Notes under the pieces: model-generated
The model's input: the letters and a program-made list of their open reading frames with translations, nothing else
Databases searched by the model: none
What the model was told of the DNA's origin: nothing
Position numbers and translations under genes: made by a program
From: a virus
DNA length: 64,000 bases
Strand: one strand, 5' to 3'
Virus record (IMG/VR): IMGVR_UViG_3300015199_000002
Location: 1 to 64,000 of that record
Part shown: one piece after another, positions 1 through 7,796 of the stretch
Position numbering within the stretch: the first letter of the stretch is position 1
Layout of the letters: each line of letters begins with the position of its first letter

Positions 1-265
1 ACACCTGAGCGTCGCCGTACACCTGAGCGTCGCCGGACACCCAAGCGTCGCCGGACACCCGAGCGTTGCCGTACACCCAAGCGTTGCCGGACACCTTAGC
101 GTAGCCGGACACCCAGCAGGAGCCGTCTTGGGAGAGGTTAGCCTCCTTCTCAATGTAGCCTCCTAGTTCGCCTGTAGGTTTGCCGTCACGTAACCTCTCG
201 ATTCTATAGAGAGTTGTACCGTAAACTTCTAACTTAATATCGGTCCGCAGCGTGTACTTACTCAT
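1..265 (-). CDS. Hexapeptide-repeat (left-handed beta-helix-like) protein, paralogue 1, truncated by window edge
   Basis: Not in ORF track; manual translation MSKYTLRTDIKLEVYGTTLYRIERLRDGKPTGELGGYIEKEANLSQDGSCWVSGYAKVSGNAWVYGNARV..., near-identical to the N-termini at 51576 and 53249. Confidence 0.85.
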   Translation of the reverse strand, partial: MSKYTLRTDIKLEVYGTTLYRIERLRDGKPTGELGGYIEKEANLSQDGSCWVSGYAKVSGNAWVYGNARVSGDAWVSGDAQVYGDAQV

Positions 266-381
266 AGGTTCCCCCCGGCGAGAGCTTGGACGACTCTAAC
301 TATAGTGTCTCCTATAATCAAAGCCAGAAAGAAAGTTAGCCAAGGATGCTCTGCCATAAATTGTAATTTGCTCATAAAGAC

Positions 382-410
382 ACGATACCAGACAAATTCC
401 AGCAATGCAA
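382..410 (-). promoter_or_regulatory. Sigma70-type promoter for the leftward gene
   Basis: TTGCAT-N17-TATCGT with TGG before the -10. Confidence 0.55.
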
Positions 411-411
411 C

Positions 412-451
412 AAAAAAAGGACACTACTCAGAGGGCGTTGAAGTAGTGTCC
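412..451 (-). terminator. Intrinsic terminator hairpin; may itself be a ~40-nt small RNA
   Basis: GGACACTACT 419-428 / AGTAGTGTCC 442-451 perfect 10-bp stem followed by T7 on minus strand. Confidence 0.7.
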
Positions 452-457
452 ATAGGC

Positions 458-486
458 AGTGTCGTATATTTGTACAGGTGTGTCAA
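458..486 (-). promoter_or_regulatory. Sigma70-type promoter pointing into the 412-451 hairpin
   Basis: TTGACA-N17-GACACT. Confidence 0.5.
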
Positions 487-555
487 GAGAATTCGACAGT
501 TTATTTTTTTGGGATAAACTTACCTATAGTTGTCGTATACGCATTAAAATAATTG

Positions 556-584
556 TTGCAATGTCCCTCTAACTTAGATAAAGT
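556..584 (+). promoter_or_regulatory. Promoter for ncRNA-HNH unit
   Basis: TTGCAA-N17-TAAAGT; spacer contains TGTCCCTC, a motif also seen ahead of late operons. Confidence 0.55.
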
Positions 585-590
585 CTATAC

Positions 591-903
591 CTAAGAGCGA
601 TGCGTAGCCTGTAAAGCTCTCTAAAAACCAGGCAAGTGTTAAGACCGTAAGAAGGCTTAACAAATGGATGCCTAGCGAATGTTGATGCCGAATGACACCC
701 AATACCTCGATGGGGCAGGCCGTATCGCTAGACAGACAGGTTTTGGTAATCTGAAGTCGTAACGTTTCCCGCAAGGGGCTGCATATCTCAGTAGGCAGCT
801 AGGCGCCTATAAGTCCTAGTAAACGCGTTACGTATAAGGATTAGGTCGCTGTAACGGCTGCGGTAGCATAGTATATGCAGCCTATCTCGAGGTGTAACCT
901 AAA
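591..903 (+). ncRNA. Putative large structured RNA (family unknown) upstream of HNH gene
   Basis: At least 8 complementary segment pairs, a GNRA-capped hairpin, and a 9-bp loop-to-distal pairing (702-710 / 887-895); no plus-strand ORF in the track. Confidence 0.65.
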
Positions 904-916
904 CAAGGAGAAGTAA

Positions 917-1534
917 GTGAGTAAAACTAGCAACGGTAAAAGGATGAAAGAAGTGAAAAGGCCTTGCAGACTGTGCGGCAAGTACTACAAGGGTCTATAT
1001 TCAAAGATGGGAGGCTGCTGCTCTAGAGAATGTGAGCGAAGATCCCCAGAGTTGCCAATTACGAATACAAACAACGTGCTGCCTAACATCCTTCCCAATG
1101 TATCCAGTCCTTTGAGGCTCAATGACACGAATGAGACTCTGAGACAGACAAGGAAAGGGAATAAGAAATCCAAGTGGCAAAGGAATAATGAGCTCAGACA
1201 ACGGAGCGCGTTCTATAAAACAGGAACATGGATGGAACTAAGATACCAAGTACTTGAGAAATATGGACGTCAGTGCATGGCTTGTGGATCCACTAAGGGG
1301 TCGATGCACGTCGATCACATAAAACCAAAGTCGAAGTACCCGCATCTGGCCATGTCTTTCAACAACCTACAAGTATTGTGCAAGGATTGCAATCTAGGTA
1401 AGTCCAATTACTTTGAAACCGATCATAGGCCTAAAGTAATGCCCTCCCCCGAAGTAAAAGTAGTCTTTGGGGTTTACTCAGAGCATCCGCATAACATTCA
1501 CGGCTCCGACACCCTATTAGTCGTGTATTCCTAA
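917..1534 (+). CDS. HNH endonuclease with N-terminal Cys-rich finger and basic linker
   Basis: CMAC...HVDHIKP...NNLQVLCKDCNLGK; RBS AAGGAG at 905-910. Confidence 0.9.
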   Translation: MSKTSNGKRMKEVKRPCRLCGKYYKGLYSKMGGCCSRECERRSPELPITNTNNVLPNILPNVSSPLRLNDTNETLRQTRKGNKKSKWQRNNELRQRSAFYKTGTWMELRYQVLEKYGRQCMACGSTKGSMHVDHIKPKSKYPHLAMSFNNLQVLCKDCNLGKSNYFETDHRPKVMPSPEVKVVFGVYSEHPHNIHGSDTLLVVYS

Positions 1535-1550
1535 GAGGCTCCGAATTTCG

Positions 1551-1579
1551 TTGCTTTCTATAACAAAACATGGCATATT
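1551..1579 (+). promoter_or_regulatory. Sigma70-type promoter
   Basis: TTGCTT-N17-CATATT with TGG before the -10. Confidence 0.5.
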
Positions 1580-1621
1580 TTGTCAGTGCCCTCAGAATCC
1601 GGGTAAAGAATAAAGAGAAAT

Positions 1622-2194
1622 ATGCCAACGAGCCTCAAACGACCTCTACTCACTAGCCTAATCCTCCATATGCTCTTTATAGGGCTCCTGGCTGCGAGTG
1701 TAGCGACCTATGTCCATAACCCTGACAACACCAAGAAAGACGATCCCGGGGCCTCCTCGGGCGCCTCAGGGGCGTCCGGCATCACCGCCGCGACCTCGGC
1801 GACACCTGAAAATGATCATATCGTGGAAAAGACATCCGAGACCCTTCAAGTAGAGCTTATCGAGCGCCCCAAAGACGAACTGGGAGAGCTCAAGGCTAAG
1901 GTTCACTACGAGGATCGGCCGTGCGAAGGCGATAACTGGTACGGAGGGATTGGAGTGAACATGCTGGTATTATTTAGTGACGTAGGCAGCCCTACCCTGG
2001 TCTCATACGTATGGAAAAATTATCCCGCAGAAAAAATGGGCGTAAAAATCGGAGACAAGCTACTAGACGAGAATAACGTGAGAGGGGTGCCTGGGACCAA
2101 GATTGTACTACCTCTTTTAAGAGATGGGCATAAGATCGTACTTGAGGGAGTCAGAGAAAAAATCTGCACCGAGAAGAACGAGATCAAGCCGTGA
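1622..2194 (+). CDS. Membrane-anchored PDZ-like domain protein
   Basis: N-terminal TM with SLILH; YGGIGV...YPAEKMGVKIGD...RGVPGTKIVL PDZ-like pattern. Confidence 0.7.
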   Translation: MPTSLKRPLLTSLILHMLFIGLLAASVATYVHNPDNTKKDDPGASSGASGASGITAATSATPENDHIVEKTSETLQVELIERPKDELGELKAKVHYEDRPCEGDNWYGGIGVNMLVLFSDVGSPTLVSYVWKNYPAEKMGVKIGDKLLDENNVRGVPGTKIVLPLLRDGHKIVLEGVREKICTEKNEIKP

Positions 2195-2562
2195 GCAATA
2201 TAGGAAAGCTGGATCCTAATCAGTATCGAAGGGCGTTAGACGATTTGAGAGTTCAAGTTCTTCAACATAGGGGGGACGCCATAAACAGATGTAGCGAGCT
2301 TTCTCCTGCAAACCATGTGCCAGTTGCCGCTTTACTTTGCTACGCATCTCATCTCCTGAATGACCCCTCACTGCTGGTTGCAGCCGAAAAGAACGCACGT
2401 TGGTACGGCCTCGAGCTCCTTCCCCTAATAAACCCTCCCGCGCCGTACCGGGCTCCTCTGGACCCCCAGACAGCGGCCATAGCCGATAAGTTCCTGGAGG
2501 ACAATCAGGACCTAATGAATTCACTGGCTTGCCAGGAAGAGTTGGATAAGAAGCGTGATTAA
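2191..2562 (+). CDS. Hypothetical protein
   Basis: Overlaps both neighbours in operon. Confidence 0.65.
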   Translation: MSNIGKLDPNQYRRALDDLRVQVLQHRGDAINRCSELSPANHVPVAALLCYASHLLNDPSLLVAAEKNARWYGLELLPLINPPAPYRAPLDPQTAAIADKFLEDNQDLMNSLACQEELDKKRD

Positions 2563-4087
2563 AGTAGAGATTGGCAACAGTATGTCGCAGGTCGTCGGAC
2601 TTTCCCCGGAGCAGTTCATGAAGCTCAGAGCCGCCCTTTCTATTCGCGAAGAAGGATACGGCTACTCTTATGTGTCAGCAAAGACTCAGCACAGACTGTT
2701 TGCCATGAGAGGGTACGTTTTTTGTAAAGACACAAAGGGAATTCCGTGCCCTGTTGGGAACAATCCTCTGGGGCACAAAAAGTACCGGAGGTACAAAACG
2801 GTCCGAGAAGCCAAGGACGCAATCGCCTCCAAAAAGCTAGTAATGTATCGAGGAGCCCTTATAAATACCAAAACACTCCTCTCAAAGAAAGGCGAGTTCG
2901 CCACAGGACTCTTGTATCTTGTGTACGAGTGTATTGACTCCTTTTATCAAGAGTACCAAGTTAAGGATACCCGCATAAGGCCCACAAAGCCTCAGCAGGA
3001 CATTTTCACCCTGTCTATGCCTGTTACCCCCTACCCAGAGCAGATTGAAGCCGCTAAGGCCGCTTCTCGTTGGTCTAGAGGCATTATAGCAGCCCCCACA
3101 GGGAGCGGAAAAAGTGTGGTAGCTGCACTTGTTATAAACGAACTTCAAGTTAGGACTCTTTTAGTCGTACCCACACTGGAGCTAAAAAGACAGCTGACCG
3201 AGAGTCTACAGGCTGCCTTCCCGGCGACCACAGTGGGATCCTTAGAATTTTCTCCTGACATCGCAGTGGAGAATGTTGCAGCACTGGACACAAAAAAGAA
3301 GCTTACAGGATATGACTGTGTAATCATTGACGAATTCCATCATGCCGGATCCGACACATATTTATCTCTGAATAAAAAGGCATGGGTAGACGTGTATCAC
3401 CGCGTGGCGCTTACCGCAACTCCCTACCGCAGCAGGTCGGCGGAGCGACTCTTACTTGAGAGCGTATTATCGCAGGTAATTTACAAGGTTGAATACAAGG
3501 ACGCAGTAGCTAACGGCCGGATAGTTCCGCTGGAAGCATTCTATTTCACCCTTCCTCGTACAAAAACAAAACTACCAAAGAGTTGGCCTAATGTGTACAG
3601 AGAAATGGTAGTTGAAAATGAGTACCGCAATTTTGTCATTGCCGACTTTGTCAAGACCCTGGAATATAATGGCTTCTCTACCCTGGTGCTAGTCAAAGAA
3701 GTACGGCATGGAGAGATACTTCAAGAACTTACCGGCGCTAGCTTCGCGCACGGCGACGGCGAGGACTGCGCGGAACTCATTAAACAGTTCAGTAATGGGG
3801 ATCTGAAGACTCTAATAGGCACTACGGGCGTAATTGGTGAGGGCGTAGACTCAAGGGCGGCGGAATGGGTTATTTTATGCGGAGGAGGGCGATCGCGCAA
3901 TCAGTTTGTCCAGCAGTGTGGTCGTGTCTTCCGTCGATTCAAAGAAAAAGAGATCGGGAAGATTGTTCTGTTTAACGACCCCTCAAGCGAATGGCTGAAA
4001 GAGCACTTCAGATTACAATGTACTTATTTGAAAGAAGAGTTTAATATAGAACCCTCAGAACTAGAACTACCAAAGGAGATAAAATGA
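2555..4087 (+). CDS. SF2 DExH helicase (UvsW/ResIII-like)
   Basis: APTGSGKS, IIDEFHH, LTATP, GEGVD, QQCGRVFR. Confidence 0.92.
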   Translation: MIKVEIGNSMSQVVGLSPEQFMKLRAALSIREEGYGYSYVSAKTQHRLFAMRGYVFCKDTKGIPCPVGNNPLGHKKYRRYKTVREAKDAIASKKLVMYRGALINTKTLLSKKGEFATGLLYLVYECIDSFYQEYQVKDTRIRPTKPQQDIFTLSMPVTPYPEQIEAAKAASRWSRGIIAAPTGSGKSVVAALVINELQVRTLLVVPTLELKRQLTESLQAAFPATTVGSLEFSPDIAVENVAALDTKKKLTGYDCVIIDEFHHAGSDTYLSLNKKAWVDVYHRVALTATPYRSRSAERLLLESVLSQVIYKVEYKDAVANGRIVPLEAFYFTLPRTKTKLPKSWPNVYREMVVENEYRNFVIADFVKTLEYNGFSTLVLVKEVRHGEILQELTGASFAHGDGEDCAELIKQFSNGDLKTLIGTTGVIGEGVDSRAAEWVILCGGGRSRNQFVQQCGRVFRRFKEKEIGKIVLFNDPSSEWLKEHFRLQCTYLKEEFNIEPSELELPKEIK

Positions 4088-4230
4088 TCTTTGATTTAAT
4101 TCTTTTCGCTGTTTTTGTTTTTGCTATAATTACGGTTATAAAAAATGAACTGGAACACGGCAACAAAATGGACCGACTATACGACAACAGAGCGCGAGTA
4201 ATGAATCACATTAGGAACAAAAGGAGATAA
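4084..4230 (+). CDS. Small membrane protein (48 aa)
   Basis: Manual: MIFDLILFAVFVFAIITVIKN...; ATGA overlap with helicase stop. Confidence 0.6.
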   Translation: MIFDLILFAVFVFAIITVIKNELEHGNKMDRLYDNRARVMNHIRNKRR

Positions 4231-4231
4231 A

Positions 4232-4438
4232 ATGAAACCAGTCAGTAGCTCTACCATCAAGGCCATTGGGTACGATGAAAAGACAAAGATTCTAACAATC
4301 CAGTTCGCACACGGAGGCCATTATGAGTACCAAGGAGTGAGTCCGGAACAACACAAAGCTCTGATGGACGCCGAGTCTATCGGGGGCCACTTTCACGACC
4401 ATATCAAGCAGAAACACCTCTATAGAAAGAAACCATGA
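4232..4438 (+). CDS. KTSC domain protein
   Basis: VSSSTIKAIGYD...LTIQF..G..YEY.GV...LM.AESIG.HF...IK. Confidence 0.9.
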   Translation: MKPVSSSTIKAIGYDEKTKILTIQFAHGGHYEYQGVSPEQHKALMDAESIGGHFHDHIKQKHLYRKKP

Positions 4439-4632
4439 ACTTCATAGAAGCCATTAAAACAGGGAAGCCAATCAAGAGACAAACCAAGGAACTGTGGGAC
4501 TGCCTTATTCGGGACCCCTACGCATTAGGCGGTAAAAGTCGCGGGTGGATGGACCCAGGATACTTTTTAACTTGCATTAATATCGGAGTTGAGGATATAC
4601 TGGCTGAAGACTGGGAAGTTAAGGAGGATTAA
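4435..4632 (+). CDS. Hypothetical phage protein
   Basis: MNFIEAIK...EDILAEDWEV, a common small phage protein pattern. Confidence 0.7.
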   Translation: MNFIEAIKTGKPIKRQTKELWDCLIRDPYALGGKSRGWMDPGYFLTCINIGVEDILAEDWEVKED

Positions 4633-4633
4633 G

Positions 4634-4891
4634 ATGAAGGTTATAGACAAGATGGCCGATCAATATACCTACGACGTCACTCAAGATCCGGAAGACATAA
4701 ATACATTTGAAGCTTATCTTGCCGGGTTCGACGCCGCCCGCGATATGATCGCCAAGAAGCTGGACCAATTTGCAGTCACCCAAGCCCCAGGCGGAGCTAT
4801 CTTCATACAAGAAGCCAGTCAAAGTGACAATACCAAAATGACTCTTGGAGACCTTATCCGTCAAGTCGGCGAGGATGAGGTGGCAGAATGA
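4634..4891 (+). CDS. Hypothetical protein, paralogue of next gene
   Basis: RBS AGGAGG before ATG 4634; AYLAGFDAA...VGEDEV. Confidence 0.65.
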   Translation: MKVIDKMADQYTYDVTQDPEDINTFEAYLAGFDAARDMIAKKLDQFAVTQAPGGAIFIQEASQSDNTKMTLGDLIRQVGEDEVAE

Positions 4892-5262
4892 AACTGATAG
4901 AGGATCTGTCCTTCACTTGGGCAGACGAGAACTGTCTGCCCTGTAAAGACCCGGACCCGTTGTTCTACTGCGAGGCCGAGTCGTTAATTCGTGGGTACGA
5001 AGCTGGGTTCAAGAAGGCGCTGGAATTGGCCGCTACACACGTCAGCCAATCCATAGCCGCCGAATCCAAATATCTACTCATGCCTACGCAGGTAGCGGTA
5101 GCAGCAATATCAAATTACATTCTCACCATAGGACAAGAAGAAGTGCCACAAACAACCTGCGTCGACTGTGGAGTAAAGACCGAACCCGGCGCCGGATCTG
5201 CCCGATGCCATAAATGCTGGGACGACCGATGCGGCGGATCTGGCGGGGATGGAGAAGTATGA
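4888..5262 (+). CDS. Hypothetical protein with C-terminal Zn ribbon
   Basis: GYEAGFKKA...IGQEEV, then CxxC...CxxC. Confidence 0.65.
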   Translation: MKLIEDLSFTWADENCLPCKDPDPLFYCEAESLIRGYEAGFKKALELAATHVSQSIAAESKYLLMPTQVAVAAISNYILTIGQEEVPQTTCVDCGVKTEPGAGSARCHKCWDDRCGGSGGDGEV

Positions 5263-5516
5263 AAGCTGGGTTATTCGGGATTAAACCTACCGGCTACGAA
5301 TTGTGGAAATCCACTACCTACTATATCTGCCAAACCCCAGGCAGGCAGCTCTGGGAAGGTCTGCAGAATATTTTTATTACGGACTTATACCAAAAGGACA
5401 GACAGTCGTGGCCGTTCGAGGTTAGTGTGGACTGTAAGTGCGAAGATTGCCGAGGCCCTTGGACACAACAACAGATAGACAGAACGGTTTACAGGCTATC
5501 AAAAGGAGTTATGTGA
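5259..5516 (+). CDS. Hypothetical protein
   Basis: ATGA coupling; start moved from the track's 5214. Confidence 0.55.
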   Translation: MKAGLFGIKPTGYELWKSTTYYICQTPGRQLWEGLQNIFITDLYQKDRQSWPFEVSVDCKCEDCRGPWTQQQIDRTVYRLSKGVM

Positions 5517-5719
5517 TGAACTACGAAGAAATACCAATGGACCGAAGATACAGCGTGAACGCCCTATGCACCAACTGCGGATACCTAGGGAAAGTGGACC
5601 TGCTTAAGGGCACTATGGTTTCTGACAAGGAGTGCCATAGGTGCGAGTGCAAGTCGTTGGAGAGGCAGGATGCGCCTCAGAAGAAGATTGCGATTAAGGC
5701 TTCGTCGGGGGTTAGATGA
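5516..5719 (+). CDS. Small Zn-ribbon protein
   Basis: CTNC...CHRCEC; TGATG coupling. Confidence 0.6.
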   Translation: MNYEEIPMDRRYSVNALCTNCGYLGKVDLLKGTMVSDKECHRCECKSLERQDAPQKKIAIKASSGVR

Positions 5720-5738
5720 ACTGGATAAACCCAAAAGA

Positions 5739-6074
5739 CTAAATTCTTCTCTGAAAAGGCTTCTTAGGAACGCCCGGAGAAATCTGTATAGGAGCTGCCA
5801 TTGCAGCAGAATGTACCGGTTGAGTAGATTGCACCGGGGGGCTTAACATAGCATGAAGCGAGTGAAACGGATGCATGGCTTGAGGAGCGGGAGCCGATTG
5901 AGCTGGATGTACTGCGGGGAGTTGAGCTGCCAATGGGGCCATGGGAGGAGTTGGGGCAGGAGAGTGCGGGGCCTGTAGCATCTTAGCGAGAGCGGCGTGT
6001 TGGGCTTCTGCTGCCTTGGCTTCGTCTTCAGAGTTTTGATTTGCTGTCTTGTTGAATTGAGAATTGAAAGGCAT
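5739..6074 (-). CDS. Pro/Ala-rich hypothetical protein
   Basis: Last ORF of the minus-strand late region. Confidence 0.6.
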   Translation of the reverse strand: MPFNSQFNKTANQNSEDEAKAAEAQHAALAKMLQAPHSPAPTPPMAPLAAQLPAVHPAQSAPAPQAMHPFHSLHAMLSPPVQSTQPVHSAAMAAPIQISPGVPKKPFQRRI

Positions 6075-6076
6075 AG

Positions 6077-6475
6077 TTACTCCGTAACTGTTAAAGTGAA
6101 GCTTGCGCAGCCGTTTGTCATGGCCATAAATTCTTCGAAGGCTTCTTTGGAATGAAGGATCATTTGATCTCCTAGAGATTTCCCTAATAAAATGCAGCCG
6201 TGGGAATCGTTTTCGTAGTTGCCTGGATGTAGCAAAATGCCCGTGCAGCCAGGCACGTCTTGAATTTCGTAGGTTTTGAATGGGATACCGTTTGAAAGCT
6301 GGTGCGTCCCCAGAACACAGTTGTGGGTGCCCGCGTTAAGTTTAGCTGTAACACTACCATCTTCTTGAGGATACCCGTGCTCGAGGGTGACGAACAAAAT
6401 ATCGCCGGCATCGTTTTGTAACTCCCCGATGACGCCCCATGGATTGTACGATTTTCTTATAAGGTTTAAGTTCAT
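6077..6475 (-). CDS. DUF5675-like protein, candidate endolysin/peptidoglycan peptidase
   Basis: TLE...GILLHPGNYENDSHGCILLG; beside holin-like genes. Confidence 0.8.
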   Translation of the reverse strand: MNLNLIRKSYNPWGVIGELQNDAGDILFVTLEHGYPQEDGSVTAKLNAGTHNCVLGTHQLSNGIPFKTYEIQDVPGCTGILLHPGNYENDSHGCILLGKSLGDQMILHSKEAFEEFMAMTNGCASFTLTVTE

Positions 6476-6478
6476 ATA

Positions 6479-6652
6479 TTACCTCTTATCCGGCAGGAAT
6501 CCCTGAAGCCCCTTACTTCCAAAAAAAGCCGATGCGCACCACTCGACCCCTTGGACATACTCGTGAGTCAGTTTTCCAGTTAACGACAAAACTGTAAATA
6601 GAAGTATCACCGATCCTAGGGCTATAAGTTCTTCTCTTTCCAGGTAACTCAC
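6479..6652 (-). CDS. Small holin-like membrane protein (57 aa)
   Basis: Manual: MSYLEREELIALGSVILLFTVLSLTGKLT...; GTGA overlap with upstream gene. Confidence 0.6.
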   Translation of the reverse strand: MSYLEREELIALGSVILLFTVLSLTGKLTHEYVQGVEWCASAFFGSKGLQGFLPDKR

Positions 6653-7488
6653 GTGCCCTCGCTTTCAGCGCGCAGGTCTCTTAGGTACGCAAACCTGAGC
6701 CCTTTGACAGCCTCTTTTTTGCCTTTTACGACCTTTGTTATATCCGTAGGGTACACTCCCAGCTCCTTAGATGCGGCAAGCGCCGAGGGGTAGGTTACCC
6801 CCGTATTAAGACATACGACGGGGATACACTGGCTGACAGCTATGTTTTGTCTGTGCGAAGTAGACAGTTTAGTTCCCTTTTGCGCAGCGGCCATCATTTT
6901 CAACCTGACTATGTTATTGGCCGTCTGCTCTGGAGATTTCGGTCCCATCATTTTCAATCTAGTAGCTTCTGATTTCTTTCTGCCCTTAGTAGACTTAGAA
7001 AGCTTCTCCTTGTGCTCCTCAGAAAGAGCCCTCCCCAGGTGTATCTCTCGCAGTTTTTTCTTATGCTCCTCAGACAGCTTTTTTCCAAAAAATGGATTTT
7101 TGCTTCCTTTTCTGTTTTCGGACATCTTCAGTCTGGTTTCTTTTGAGGGGCTTCGTCCTACTCTAGATAGCGACATTTTTTTCTTGGACTCATCAGAGTA
7201 CTGCTTGCCCTCCCCTCCCGTAGTTAAATTATACCCGTCGGGAGAAAGACTTTGAAAATAGTCTATGAAATATTTTTCGGCTACATTTAGGGTGTCTAAA
7301 TCGGAACATTCGCTCAATACGTCAATAGTAAAGTTGGTAGGTCCGTGCTTAGTTATGGCCTTAGAAATATAAGTCTTAGGATTACTTCTAGGATTTAAAT
7401 GATTTCTCCATCTTCTATTAAGGGGGCCAGTTGTCTGCCCCACATAGCATTTACCGTTAATTTTATTAGTTATTTTATAAATAAGCAT
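6649..7488 (-). CDS. GIY-YIG homing endonuclease with NUMOD3-type repeats
   Basis: LIYKITNKINGKCYVGQT, GYN, repeated SEEHKKKL/SEATRLKM. Confidence 0.92.
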   Translation of the reverse strand: MLIYKITNKINGKCYVGQTTGPLNRRWRNHLNPRSNPKTYISKAITKHGPTNFTIDVLSECSDLDTLNVAEKYFIDYFQSLSPDGYNLTTGGEGKQYSDESKKKMSLSRVGRSPSKETRLKMSENRKGSKNPFFGKKLSEEHKKKLREIHLGRALSEEHKEKLSKSTKGRKKSEATRLKMMGPKSPEQTANNIVRLKMMAAAQKGTKLSTSHRQNIAVSQCIPVVCLNTGVTYPSALAASKELGVYPTDITKVVKGKKEAVKGLRFAYLRDLRAESEGT

Positions 7489-7496
7489 AAAACTAA

Positions 7497-7790
7497 TTAC
7501 TTCTTAAAATACTCCAACACTGTGAAAATACCTTCGGCAATCGCTGCTACTACTCCCGCCAATCCGACTAGTTTCATGGCGCCCATGCGCATGTCTTTGT
7601 CTTTCTTAAGTGGTAGCACCATAGCCTCTAAATTATCCGATCTTAGGATGTGATAGTCAAGGCTTACTTGCTGTTTCCCTAGGGTGACATCAATACGTGA
7701 TACGTGCTCAATCACTTTGTCTATTTTCTGCTCTATTTTTTCTAACTTCGACTCTAATTTTGAGGTGTTGTCGTCCGAGTTCGTACCCAT
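7497..7790 (-). CDS. Coiled-coil protein with C-terminal TM (holin-like)
   Basis: LEKIEQKIDK...LVGLAGVVAAIA. Confidence 0.6.
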   Translation of the reverse strand: MGTNSDDNTSKLESKLEKIEQKIDKVIEHVSRIDVTLGKQQVSLDYHILRSDNLEAMVLPLKKDKDMRMGAMKLVGLAGVVAAIAEGIFTVLEYFKK

Positions 7791-7796
7791 AAATCC

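Noticed and set aside
305-774. ORFs 305..517 and 574..774
   Set aside because: They overlap promoters, a terminator and the structured RNA; no RBS or recognisable motif
6649-7488. Group I intron around the GIY-YIG genes (also 41668)
   Set aside because: Genes abut intact neighbours, leaving no space for intron core structure
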